DNA from: Neovahlkampfia damariscottae | Taxonomy: Eukaryota | NCBI GenBank assembly: GCA_016618085.1 | Contig: JABLTG010000036.1 | Location: 1-64,000, forward strand | Direction of reading: 5' to 3' | Length of the DNA stretch: 64,000 nucleotides | Shown: positions 50,754-62,500 of the stretch, one piece after another | Layout of the letters: the number at the start of each line of letters is the position of its first letter | Numbering within the stretch: position 1 is the stretch's first letter | Notes under the pieces: generated by a model | Told to the model about the DNA's origin: nothing | What the model saw: the letters and a program-made list of their open reading frames with translations, nothing else | Database searches by the model: none | Made by a program: the position numbers and the translations under genes

Positions 50754-50919
50754 TTAAAAAATTTAATTTACGCTCCAATCAAATTTTGAATTGGAGAATA
50801 GTAATTGGTTCATTTTGTCAAATGAAAACAATCGATTGTTGAAATCAATAAATCTGTAAAATAATTCAAATTTTAATCCTTTTAAATTTCTTGATAAATT
50901 GACCAATCATTGATTCAAA

Positions 50920-52040
50920 ATGTTCTTCAATTTTCTCAAACCAGTAAAACATGTAAAGAACTACAATAGAACAATGTCAATTCTACAAAAAAGAAACAAA
51001 GAAATACAAAAAATAAAACAAATGAACGAAGAAAAAAAAAACAAAGATGTTTCAACAGAAGATAAACGTATAAAAATGATTGAAAAATTTGAAAATGAAA
51101 CCATCAACAGATCAGTCAAAATTGCAGAGTTTAAATCTGATAAAACTGAAAAATTCTTATCAGCTTCTATCATTGGAATACCAAATTCAGGAAAATCAAC
51201 ATTATTGAATTATTTAGTTCACTCAAAAATTAGTGCAGTTTCTGCCAAACAACAAACAACAAGAGAAAATATTGTCGGAATTTTAAACATGGATAATGTT
51301 CAAATTGAATTTAATGATACTCCTGGTATATTTGATCCAATTTCTACAAAATTGTAAGATGATCTTAAAAAAGTTTTTTTAACACATTTAACACAAGAAT
51401 GAAAAAAAATGAAGATTTGATTGAAAAATCATATTCAACAATTTCAAAGTGTGATTTAGTTATTTTTCTTTTTGATTCAACAAAAGATGTTTCTCATATG
51501 AATCATATTTTAGAATCGTTCAAACATTATAATGATCCAAAATTGAGAAAAAATAAAATCAAGATTTCAGCAGTTTTAAACAAAATTGATTTATTTTCAA
51601 AAGAAGATATATATTTGAAATTAGATGAATTGTCAAATTTAAATCTATTTCAAAATATTTTTCCAATTTCTGCAAAGACAGGATACGGAATTCAATCTTT
51701 GAAAGAATTTTTAACATTTTCATCATATCCACAAAAATGGAAATATGAAAAAGGAAAGAAAACAAATTTATCAGATAAACAAATTGTAAATGAAATTATA
51801 AGAGAAAAATTTTATCGAAGATTAAACAAAGAAATCCCATATGACTTGGAAATTAATTTAAAACAATGGCATGAATTGAAGAACGACAATTTGTTCATTG
51901 AGTATGAAATTAGAGGTAAAACAAAAGGACAATACAATATTTTGATTTCTAGTTTGAAATACGTTCATGCAAGAGCAAAATCTGATGTTGAAAAATCATT
52001 GGGAAAAAGTGTGAATTTGTCATTCAAAATTTTAAGATAA
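50920..52040 (+). CDS. era: Era GTPase (mitochondrial ERAL1-like)
   Basis: GIPNSGKSTL, QTTR, DTPG, NKID, ISAKTG, EIIREK...EIPY; one intron. Confidence 0.92.
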
Positions 52041-52065
52041 AAGTTTCTTTTTTAACATTTATTTA

Positions 52066-52476
52066 TTATTCTACCCAATCTAACATTGATCCTTCATAGT
52101 TTTTGATGCTTATTTAATTTTAATTTTGTGAACTGTTTTCTTACTTTTTATATCCAAGTTGTTCAGCAATTGTTGATGCCATGGTTGATCTTTGACCAGA
52201 ACGACAATATATTATGACCAAATCTTCTTTATTTGGTTTTTTAAAACCATATGAATCTTCAAAGTGATCTGCTTCAAGTTTCATTGCTTCAGGAAATTCT
52301 TGAAGAGGTATTAATTTTGAAGTTTCAATTGCTCCTTCATTATATTCATCTGGAGTTCTGACATCAATCAATAAGTATTTTGATTTATTTTGAATTAAGT
52401 CTTTAATTTCTTTTTTTGTTATTGAAGAGAAACTCATTTTGTTTATCACTCTTGAATTGTTGATGATTGTTTTCAT
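52066..52476 (-). CDS. Single-domain rhodanese (Rdl1/TSTD1-like)
   Basis: LIDVRTPDEY, YCRSGQRS, NYEGSMLDW after one intron. Confidence 0.92.
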
Positions 52477-52527
52477 TCTCTTGTCCGATTGGATAATTCT
52501 ACTTCACCATTTTTATCAACAACAACA

Positions 52528-53634
52528 ATGTTGTTCAGAATTTTTAGAACGATTTTCAAGAGTTCAACACTCAAACCTAAAATTTTTCACTTCAACAAAA
52601 ATCCATTGAACTTTTTACTTGTTGGAGGTTTCCTTGTTTATTTACAAGACAAATTCAAAGCTGATGAAATTAAAGATTATTTATTTAAAAATGTAGAGTA
52701 TGGATTTGAATTTGAAATACCAAAAAATTGGTATTTTGAATCACACAATGTGAAAACTTCTCATCGTATCGGAATTCATGAGACAAACAAAAAAGCTGGA
52801 GACAATGAATACCTAATAGTTTGTGAGTATATTGATGAAGATGCCAATAATATTACGTTTCAAATGATGGTTAATTTTTATCTCGATATTTGGGCAAATA
52901 TCCACGAATCAGATCTGAATGTAGTTTCCAGAATTATCAAAAATGAAAGAAGGTGGAATAAAAATCGGTACAAATACGAAAAAATTACATATGAAGTTTT
53001 TGATAAAATTTCAAAACAAACAACGAGAGTTGAAACATGTGTTTTTGTTCAAAACAACAAAATCTTATTATTTCAAACGAAAAATGACAAGGAAAATTTT
53101 AAAGAAGATCAGAATTTATTATTTCATGCAATTGATAATGTCAATTTTTTTGAACCTACCAAATTGGATGTGGGAAAAAACAAAAAAAAATTTCTCAGTG
53201 AAAGGTTTGGAGTTTCATTCGAATATCCAAAAAATTGGATATTTGAACAAGAAACAAGATTTAAATCACATGCTTTGTATATGCAAAAACCAGATTTTCC
53301 TAATATTCTCTCATCATTTGAAATGAAAACTTCAGAATTCAATCTCGAACAAGCAACCCAAAATTACTTCGAAGAGGTTAAAAAATCAAAAATTGGAGGT
53401 GAAAAATTGAAAAAAATTAATTTAAAGACAATGATTAACTCTAAAGGATTCCAATATACTGAATTAGTTTATGAATATCCAAGTGATGAAATAAATGAAT
53501 TTCATAGAATTGTTGCCAATGTGTTTGTGGAAGGAGAAAACTGTTGTATCATTGAAACAATTGGAAAACGTTCAGAATTTGAATATATCATGAAAGAAAT
53601 TATTGAAAATTTAGAATTGAGAAAAAGCACATGA
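52528..53634 (+). CDS. Hypothetical protein with two PsbP/Mog1/DcrB-like domains; probable mitochondrial presequence and TM
   Basis: Repeated YGFEFEIPKNW / FGVSFEYPKNW; N-terminus MLFRIFRTIFKSST. Confidence 0.6.
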   Translation: MLFRIFRTIFKSSTLKPKIFHFNKNPLNFLLVGGFLVYLQDKFKADEIKDYLFKNVEYGFEFEIPKNWYFESHNVKTSHRIGIHETNKKAGDNEYLIVCEYIDEDANNITFQMMVNFYLDIWANIHESDLNVVSRIIKNERRWNKNRYKYEKITYEVFDKISKQTTRVETCVFVQNNKILLFQTKNDKENFKEDQNLLFHAIDNVNFFEPTKLDVGKNKKKFLSERFGVSFEYPKNWIFEQETRFKSHALYMQKPDFPNILSSFEMKTSEFNLEQATQNYFEEVKKSKIGGEKLKKINLKTMINSKGFQYTELVYEYPSDEINEFHRIVANVFVEGENCCIIETIGKRSEFEYIMKEIIENLELRKST

Positions 53635-53695
53635 ATCAATAGTAAAATTTTTATATTCAAAGAACCAATCAAAGTTGACCTTAAGAAAAACTCTT

Positions 53696-54336
53696 ATGAA
53701 CACACTCTTACTTGTATTACTTTTCATCTGTCAATTTGTTTTTGGACAATATATGGTTACAGATACCTACATAACAAGCAGATCATGTGGTGGAGAACGA
53801 GTTATCGGATCTGCTGTAATTTTCATATTTTTTTATATTTTTAGAATCTCCTTGGAGCTTGTTATCCACAAGATGACAATACAGATCAAAAATACACATG
53901 CAATTCAACACATAGTACATACCATCGTTGTTCCAAAAATTGTAGAATGTGCAAGCCTATCATGTCCAGACGTTTGGGATGTATTCCTTCAGATCCACAT
54001 ACCGCAAAATTATATTGTGGAGCACTTGAACATGCTGTGAAACAAAAAGGATTTGTAATGAATTTTTATAGAGATGTATGTCGCGGAACACCACAAAAAC
54101 ACTTATATTACGATGAAACGTGCTATCCATACACAAGTAACTTGAATTATTTCAAGATTTTGGATTCCAAAAACCCTCCTGGTTCCTTCAGGGCTGTTTT
54201 TGAGAATGGAGTTGCGAATATCATCCTTTATAAAGAAAATACTTGTGGTGGTCCAATAATTTCTCATGAAAAATATGAAACAAAGAAATGTTATGTTTCA
54301 AGAGGAAAAGAAAGTGTTTTCCAAATTGAAAAGTGA
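53696..54336 (+). CDS. Secreted cysteine-rich protein
   Basis: Signal peptide; intron about 53816-53844; more than 10 Cys. Confidence 0.7.
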
Positions 54337-54402
54337 ATCACATTTTTATTTAACCAATTATTTTTTCATTTTTTTCCACCAATCATACCTTTGTTTGTTT
54401 CA

Positions 54403-55209
54403 ATGACGACAAAACCAACATACCAAACAAATCCTGAAAATTTAATTGACCAAATTTTACGGAACAGAATATATAATTACAAATACTACAAAGAGCAATG
54501 TTTTGGTCTTTCTGCTGAAACACTGATTGACAAAGCAGTTGAACTTGAAGCGATTGGAGGTACTTTTGGAGGAAATAGAAAACCAACAAATTTTATATGT
54601 TTACTATTCAAAATGTTACAAATACAGATACAACCTGAAATTATTCATGAATTTATTAAAAATAGAGATTATAAATATTTAACAGCACTTGGGTGTTTTT
54701 ATTTGAGATTAACAGGAAAACCTATTGATATTTATAAAACGTTAGAACCTTTATATAGTGATTATAGAAAATTAAGAAAAAGAATTGTATCTGGACAATA
54801 TATTATTACACATATGGATGAATTTATAGAAGATTTGTTAACTAAAGATTATTGTTGTGACATTGCATTACCATTTCTTCCAAGGAGAATTTTATTAGAA
54901 AATCAAGAACTTTTGACTGAAAGAGAGACAACGTTGGATGAAGTTGATTTGCATAAAATTTTACAACAAGAGAAAGAAGAAGAAAATAAGAAGGAAGGTT
55001 TCAAGTTGAAATTTAAAAAACAAGAAGAAGATTTAGATTCAAGTGAAGAAGAAGATTCACATTGGAATCCTGTTAAAAAAGATAAAAAACCTTTTGTTTT
55101 TAAACCTGGAAATGATGAAGATGAAACTGTAAAAGGAAAATCAGAAGCATTATCAGTTGATGAGACAAATGCACTTAGAGCGAATTTAGGACTTGCTCCT
55201 TTGAAGTGA
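54403..55209 (+). CDS. PRP38: Pre-mRNA splicing factor PRP38 with C-terminal HIND motif
   Basis: YYKEQCFGL, PTNFICLLFKMLQI, LGCFYLRL, LEPLYSDYRKLR, HMDEFIEDLL; ends LSVDETNALRANLGLAPLK. Confidence 0.95.
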   Translation: MTTKPTYQTNPENLIDQILRNRIYNYKYYKEQCFGLSAETLIDKAVELEAIGGTFGGNRKPTNFICLLFKMLQIQIQPEIIHEFIKNRDYKYLTALGCFYLRLTGKPIDIYKTLEPLYSDYRKLRKRIVSGQYIITHMDEFIEDLLTKDYCCDIALPFLPRRILLENQELLTERETTLDEVDLHKILQQEKEEENKKEGFKLKFKKQEEDLDSSEEEDSHWNPVKKDKKPFVFKPGNDEDETVKGKSEALSVDETNALRANLGLAPLK

Positions 55210-55270
55210 AACTTTACATTTCGTAATTGAAATGATTAACCAATAAAATTTAACAATTTTTTTAACAACA

Positions 55271-56122
55271 ATGTCTCAAGTGTGTCTCGTTGACTCAAGA
55301 GAATTTTATAATTTAATTGTTCCTTGTGAATTTTTGCTGTTAGATTTGAGAAACAAAAAAAAATTTGAAAACAATCACGTAGGTTTTGCAGAACATGTAG
55401 AAGAGAATTTTTGTAATATTTACAATGATGCTGACATACAAAATCATATTTTGATCTATAAAGATGAAAATACAGACAAAATTTTTTACAACAAAGTTCT
55501 TAACTATTTTAAAGATGAAAAAATTTCACAACTTTCAAGTATTCCATTTTTTTTTGCAACTCAAATTTTCAGATTCATTTGATGAATTTTCTTCACAATA
55601 CCCATTTTTATGCACTAAAAATGGTTTATATGATTCCAAAATGATTTATCCTGCTCATATAATTGATAACATTTTTTTAAGTTCATATTACGTTACACAA
55701 CAACGTGAAGTGTTAATTTCTCAAAATATCAAATATATCTTGAATGTTTCAAATGACTGCAAGAATTATTTTCAAAATGATAAAGCACTAAGTATAAATT
55801 ATCATCAATGCAAAATATCAGATTCTAATGATAATAATCCGAGTATTTACTTCAATGAATGTCATCAATTTTTCGATCAATCAAAAGATGGAAATATATT
55901 GGTTCATTGTTATCAAGGAATAAGCAGAAGTTCAACAATGATCATATCAGTATTAATACAATCCTAATTTCTAATTATTTTCAGTTTTTGATGAAAAAAT
56001 ATCAAATGAAATTTGACAGTGCGTTAGAATATGTACAAAAATCTAGACAAGTGGCACGTCCAAATTCATATTTTCAGAATGTTTTAAAAGAATATGAAAC
56101 TGGTATCAAATTGAAGAAATAA
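55271..56122 (+). CDS. Dual-specificity phosphatase with rhodanese-like N-domain (MKP-like)
   Basis: LLLDLR...H; ILVHCYQGISRS; RPNSYF; two introns. Confidence 0.9.
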
Positions 56123-56130
56123 GATCAAAT

Positions 56131-56850
56131 TTATTTTTCTTTCTTTTTTCTGTTTTTCAAAATTTGATGGATGATTTTTTGAAAGGATTTGTCGATATTA
56201 TTTCCATTAGTAGCACAACATTCGAAGAATGGTATCTCACGGTCTGGAATTAAATTCTTTCCTTGCTTTTCTCCAACACTAACACTTTTTCTTTTATTTT
56301 TTTGGGAAACTAAATCATTTTTGTTTCCAATTAAAATTATTCCTAGTTCTGTTATTTCATTTTTATTATTCTCTTCAATATCAGAAACATGATATTTCAC
56401 TTCTTCAAAACTCAAATGGTCATTGATATCATAAATTAATATGAATCCCTCACTGAGTCTTTAAAATTTTAGTGATGAATACAATTACTCTAATATTTCA
56501 TTATATTGTTTTTTAATATCTGATTTAGGTTCATGTATGAAAAATTCTACCATTTGAGGTTGAGAAACAGAACCAATATTTAACACTGATTTTTGAGTTA
56601 CTTTTGAATATTAAAAAATTTTGTTTTTTGAACCATCTAAGTCTTCATATGATGCACCATTAAGTTTAGCACCTAAAATTTGAGATTTTACAAAAGTTGT
56701 TTTTCCAGACCTTTCAGAACCCAAGATTGAAATATGAATCTCTTTTTTTGACACAGAACTAAAATCTTCAACACTGGTGCTTGACAATTGATGAGATCCA
56801 GGTTTTTTAGGTCTTTCATCTTCATTGGAGCTCAAAGATGTGAAAAGCAT
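56131..56850 (-). CDS. Atypical Ras-superfamily small GTPase
   Basis: GSERSGKT, GFILIYDI, IGNKND, ECCA; DxxG not found; two introns. Confidence 0.8.
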
Positions 56851-56903
56851 TTCCTCGGAAAATTAAATGATTGGATAAGAAAAAATCAATTTTTATTTTG
56901 AAT

Positions 56904-58167
56904 TTAGTTAAGTTGTAAAAGTGGATCTGATGTGTTTATTGGAATCAAAACATAAGGATAAAAATCATTTCCTGCAAATCCTTGGGATGAATCAACATCA
57001 TCAAAAATATCATCTTCTTCCAATTCTTTAAATTCATCTTTGAATATTTTATGAATTTTTCTTTCATTTCCATTTGCTTTAACCAAAAAAGTTAAAAATC
57101 TTGGTGGAACTCCATATCTTAAAACTGATTCGACGAAAGTCTTGATACATTTAAGATGAATCCAATTAATAAATGATTCACTAAATCCATTGACACACCA
57201 ACCTAAAAGTTCATTTCTCATATCATCTTTTTTTTCTTTTAACTTTTGTGTTTCAATAGCAGATAACTTATTTCTTTCTTCGTCATACTTGAATTCTCTA
57301 ATTTTAAATTTTTTTTTTTCGCATTCCGTTTTGAAATCTTGAGCCTTGATTTTTAAAACAACAACATTGAATAATCCTAAATCACCATCTTCAAAGATTT
57401 TTCTTTTGTTTTTTAAATTTTTTTTTTTTTTACGTTGATGATGCAGGCACAGCAGCAGGAGGATCACCTTCTGAAGTTGATGGAACTAAGTCTTCATATT
57501 TTGAAAGCCATTCTTGATAATTATGTTTTGGTATAACAGTAAATAAAGTTGTAAAATATTCAGAGTCATAAACATGTTCTTCTTGAACAATACCATCAAG
57601 AGGGCGGATCATCAAAGAACCTCTTTGTGAAGAAAATTAAAAAATTTTTTTTTTTTTACTGTTCTTTTCTTTCAATTTGAGAGATATTAACTGATAATGT
57701 TTGATATTCTGCAACTTTTATTTTTAAGTCATCATCTGTTCTTGAACATGTTTTGAAAATTTTTTCAGTGGTTGATTTTAAATCTTTTGATTGCATGTAT
57801 TTTGAATCATCCCATTCAAAATTTGTAAGATAACTTTTAATGTCCTCTGAAAAGAAATGGTTAATATTTGTTTTTTTTTACTTTTTCTTTCTTCAACATT
57901 GATTTCTGGACGGAATTTATCTTCTTCAATTTCAGAAACATCTTTAAGACTTTTTAATGCTTTCATTGTTATGTTTTCAATTGATGTATCCATTCTTTGA
58001 ATATCATCTGAAATAGACATTAAAGTGTCTAATGTTCCAACTTTAAGTTGAGGTACTTCAAACGCATTGTGTTCGATTTTATTACTCTTTAAAACTTTAC
58101 TGACTTTTGTGTACAATAAATCTTTCTTATCGTTTTCACAAGGAACAGAAATTAACCAGTAAACCAT
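56904..58167 (-). CDS. ATP6V1C: V-type ATPase subunit C
   Basis: YWLISVP, LKVGTLDTL, FEWDDSKY, DSEYFTTL, WIHLK..FVESVLRYG.PP, YPYV; three introns. Confidence 0.95.
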
Positions 58168-58322
58168 TGTGAATGTTGTTTAGGAAAAAGTAGGCAATGA
58201 TTGGATAAAAAAAAATTTATTTTTGAAGAATGGGTAAAATTAATTTTTATTCATGAAAAAGGGTTTGTGTGTGTTTTTTTTTAATTGATTAAAATGGAAA
58301 TTAAAATCCTATTGGTTAAAAA

Positions 58323-58964
58323 ATGTACCATAAACACATCAACAAACTTGTTCAAGTGAAAAAAATTTCATCAATTGGATTAGTTCTTAGCTCTTCTTTA
58401 ATTTACAAGGCTGAAGAAAAAACTCTTCCGACAACAAAAATCACAATGACTTGTGAAGATGGACTATGTGAAATTAAAAAAAAAACAAAACAAAAACCAA
58501 CAACTCTGAAAATAATGTTAATGGAAATGATTGATTTAATTGTTTTATGGATTTCATCACTCGCTATTTCACAGCCAATTGCAAAATTCTTAAAACCTGA
58601 AAATGGAATAGATCATGTTTTGTCTCAGTTAGTTCAATTCTTTTTTTCAAGCTTTTCAATTTTATCAAATTTAACAAATACTTCAGTTGGAAGAAGTATT
58701 TTTGGATATACAATTACCAAACAAGATGATTCAGAAGCACAACCAATTGAAATGACTGCAAGAAGTATTTTTTCATTTGTAGAGTTAGGCATGTTATTTT
58801 TGAAGAATGGATTTTTAGGAAACACATCAAAAGAATATCAACCAAATCTTTTTGAAGCTGTTTATGGTTTAATTTTGTTGTCAACTGAATTTTATTTCAT
58901 TTTGACAAAAAAACGAACTTTTGGCGATGAACTTGCAGGCACTAAAATCGTCAAAAAAGAATAA
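58323..58964 (+). CDS. RDD-family membrane protein
   Basis: IDLIV, SVGRSIFG, KRTFGDELAGTKIVK. Confidence 0.75.
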   Translation: MYHKHINKLVQVKKISSIGLVLSSSLIYKAEEKTLPTTKITMTCEDGLCEIKKKTKQKPTTLKIMLMEMIDLIVLWISSLAISQPIAKFLKPENGIDHVLSQLVQFFFSSFSILSNLTNTSVGRSIFGYTITKQDDSEAQPIEMTARSIFSFVELGMLFLKNGFLGNTSKEYQPNLFEAVYGLILLSTEFYFILTKKRTFGDELAGTKIVKKE

Positions 58965-59024
58965 ATTTGATTTCAATTTATTCATTGATTCTCAAGTTGA
59001 TTTCATTGGTCAACACTTTTTTGA

Positions 59025-59555
59025 ATGACTTTTTTTCAAAGCTTCAAAAACGTGTTGAACAAATACCCATTGTTAAAAACGTATGGAACTGTATTACCTA
59101 GTATCGTCATTGGTGATATATTATCTCAACAATTTAACATGAAGAATCTCAAGACACAAGAAGAATTTGACAAAGAAAGATTGAAAAGAATGACGATAAT
59201 TGGAGCTGGACAAACTCCAATTACACATTATATCATTTATACATTGGAAAAATATTATCCTGGAACAGCTACAAAAACAATTTTGAAAAAAATGAGTTGG
59301 AATATTTTATCCGCTCCAATTTTGATATCAATTTCCTTTTCAGCAAATGTGTTACTCCAAAAGGATAAAAATCATACTGACGTGATTCAAAAGGTGAAAA
59401 ATGATGTTTTACCTACATGGTTGATGGGTGGATGTTATTGGCCGTTTGTGAGTTTTTTAAACTTCAAATTCACTCCACTTGCTTATAGACCATTAGTTGG
59501 TTCTTTAGCAGGAATGCTGTGGAATATATTTATCTCGAATCAAGCAAATAAATAA
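59025..59555 (+). CDS. Mpv17/PMP22 family protein
   Basis: GDILSQ, D..RL.RM, YWP....NF...P..YR, WNIFIS. Confidence 0.9.
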   Translation: MTFFQSFKNVLNKYPLLKTYGTVLPSIVIGDILSQQFNMKNLKTQEEFDKERLKRMTIIGAGQTPITHYIIYTLEKYYPGTATKTILKKMSWNILSAPILISISFSANVLLQKDKNHTDVIQKVKNDVLPTWLMGGCYWPFVSFLNFKFTPLAYRPLVGSLAGMLWNIFISNQANK

Positions 59556-59556
59556 T

Positions 59557-62500
59557 TTATTTTTCATTTAAAACATTTGAAGTGAAGATTTTTTGAAATG
59601 TTTTCCCCAAATCACCAGCTTGTAAACAACAATATCCTCTTCCAATAGGTAACTCTTTGACTAATTTTTCTGCCTCTCCATTAGGTGAAGATATGAAAAT
59701 TACAAATGCTTTCACATTCGAATTTTTTGTCAACAATTTTGAGAAATTTTTAGAATTGAATCCATATCCAGTGATATTGGCATCTGAAAAGATAAAAACA
59801 AATCTTTCATCAGCGTCCATTTTGGAAATTTGTGAAATTGCCCAATCAGTTGTTTCCAATGTAGTATCTCCAGAAGCACAAGATTGAGAATGTCCTCTCA
59901 TTTGTAATGCAACTTTTAACCTTTCATTTTTATTTTTTGGTGGTTTATTGAATCCAATAAAAGGAACTCTTTGAGATGAACCTGAATGACCTGTGATTGA
60001 ATAAGAAAATCTTTCTTCAAAGCCAGATAAACTTTCCATTATGCAAATTGCAACTTCAATCATTCTATCTAATCTGCGATCATATCCATTGAATCGATAC
60101 ATTGAACAACTGACATCCATACAAAAATGTAATAATTTCTTTTTTTTGTGCATAAATGAATCATAGATTTCACCTTCTCCTCTTTTTTGATAAATCAATT
60201 TTTCTCCTGTAATTCCTTCAACAATTTTATTGTCATCAATTTCTCCGTATGCTTTGTTTTTTATCCAAATTCTTTCTTTTTCTTTGGATCTTAAATTTTC
60301 AAGTAAGGTCCTCATTTGAGAAATTTGTGTTTTGATTGGATTATAATAATCATTATATGAATCTAAATCTTCTGGGCTCATTTTAATAGAATTGAGTTGT
60401 TTCTTTAATGCATCTTGTGCCATTAATCTTGCTTTTTTCATTGATTCATAATGAATATCTGAGACTTGATTTCCATCAACTGCATTTGGAGCATTTGATG
60501 TTTGGAAATTTGGTCCGGTCCCTGAACCTCCACCACCACCTCCTTGACTACTCCCTGATTCACCACCTTGACCACCAGAACCTTCACCACCTATGCCACC
60601 AGAACCTTCACCTCCAGAACCACCAGTTCCTTGTCCACCTTCACGCATTTGTGCTGGTGGAAGATCATGATCTACTGGTTGATCATCAACTAAAATTTTT
60701 GAGTTGGATTCTTTAATTTCTCCTTGAATGATATCTTGAAATTCTTTTGCTTCAAATTTCAATTTTTCATGATCCAACTCCCACATTCTAATGATATTGT
60801 CTGAATGAAGAGTAACTAATTTTTCATTGGACAATTGATCAGCTCCTAAAATTGATAATTTTGATTTCTGTTCGATATCTGTTAAAATCATCTTCTTTAA
60901 GTCAATTATTCTCATTGAATTGAATTTATCCCCAATCAATAATCCATTGGATGTCAAAATTGGATTTGTAATAGAAATATCTTTTTTGTTAATTTTAAAT
61001 GGTGCAATAACAATTCCATTTGATGTAATTGTTAAATGATCAAGACATCCATCAGATGCACGTAATCCAATGAATTTATTTCCTTGATAACAATTTGAAA
61101 TGAACAAATAGTCTTTGAAATCTATCAATTCGAAAATTTGATAAGAATTTGATTTCAAAGAAACTAAAAACCAAGCATCTTTACAGAATAAAATGAATTT
61201 TGATTCTTGAATCCAATACACTGTTTCGATAGGATATTTCTTTGGGATTTCAACATTTTGAATTTTTACAGCAGATTTGTCATTAAAATCTAAAATCCAG
61301 AGATTATTAGAATTTTCAGAAAGCATGGTGACCAAATTACAATGTGAATAATTTGAAAGAAAGATTACATTTTTCACTGAGTCAACTGGTAAAGGACAAA
61401 TGAATTGTTGTTTGATTGGAGCATTTGTATTTGTTGAATCTACAACCATAATACAAATATTTGGCATATTCGAATAAATTTCACTTTCTTTCATTGTATT
61501 TATAACTCCAAGAATTAATATCTTATTTTCACTTTTCAGTGAACAAATAGATGTGTAGTACATTCTAAAATAATGAAATATTTCAATTTTTCTAGCTGTT
61601 GAATAAGAGTCAGGTAAATAAGTCACCATATTTCCTAAAACTCCAGATGTTAAAACATGAACTGTATCATCATTTAATGTTGATATAAATTCAACTTCAT
61701 TGAGTTTTGTTTCAATTGAATACTGTAATTCATTTAATGTTTGAACTCTGTGACTTCTAACAGATGATCTTTCTGAAGTTGCTGGATTTGTTTGACAAGG
61801 TGAAATAGAAACCTTTTTGATATCTCTTATTTCTTGAGATTCAATTAATATCAAATTGATATCTTTTGTGATACCAACTGTAATGTTTGATTTCATTGAT
61901 AAAGAAACATCATAAGAATTCACTTTTTCCAATGGAATTCCATGTCTGTGAAATGTTGATGTTAATTTTTCCATGATTTGTTCATTAAACATGTCAAATC
62001 CAATAACATTTTGAAGAGCTGAAATTAAACCATTTTCTGGGTATTTTTCTAAATGTTTAACAATTGAAACTAATTCTCTTGTGGAATACGGATATGTAAT
62101 TTCATTTTCGTCAACTAATTTCCTTAAATCATTGAAACAATCAGTTAATCTTCTTAAAATTGAAACAGAAACATTCGGAGCATATTCTTTTAACATTTTA
62201 ATTTCATTTTCTCCTTTTGGATTGTCAACATAATGGGAAGAGAATAAATCACCACATTCTCTGAAGAAATCATTTCCTTGAAAAGGAAAACCAGGTCTAT
62301 TCGCCAAAACGATCATTCTAAAATCTGGATGAATTGTAATCACATTAGGATCATTATGTTCATTTTCTCTCATGATTCTTCTATGATCAGAAAGTACCAT
62401 TTCTCCATCATCAATTAAAGACTTGATAATAGAGACAACTTCTAATGGAGCTTTATCGCACTCATCTAACATCAGAATTCTTCCATATTGAACTGCTCTT

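Noticed and set aside
50780..50795. CHR element TTTGAA upstream of the LIN54-like gene
   Set aside because: The hexamer is too common in this AT-rich DNA to be informative
60520..60650. GC-richer repeat island
   Set aside because: Gly-rich linker normally present before the VWA domain of VWA8
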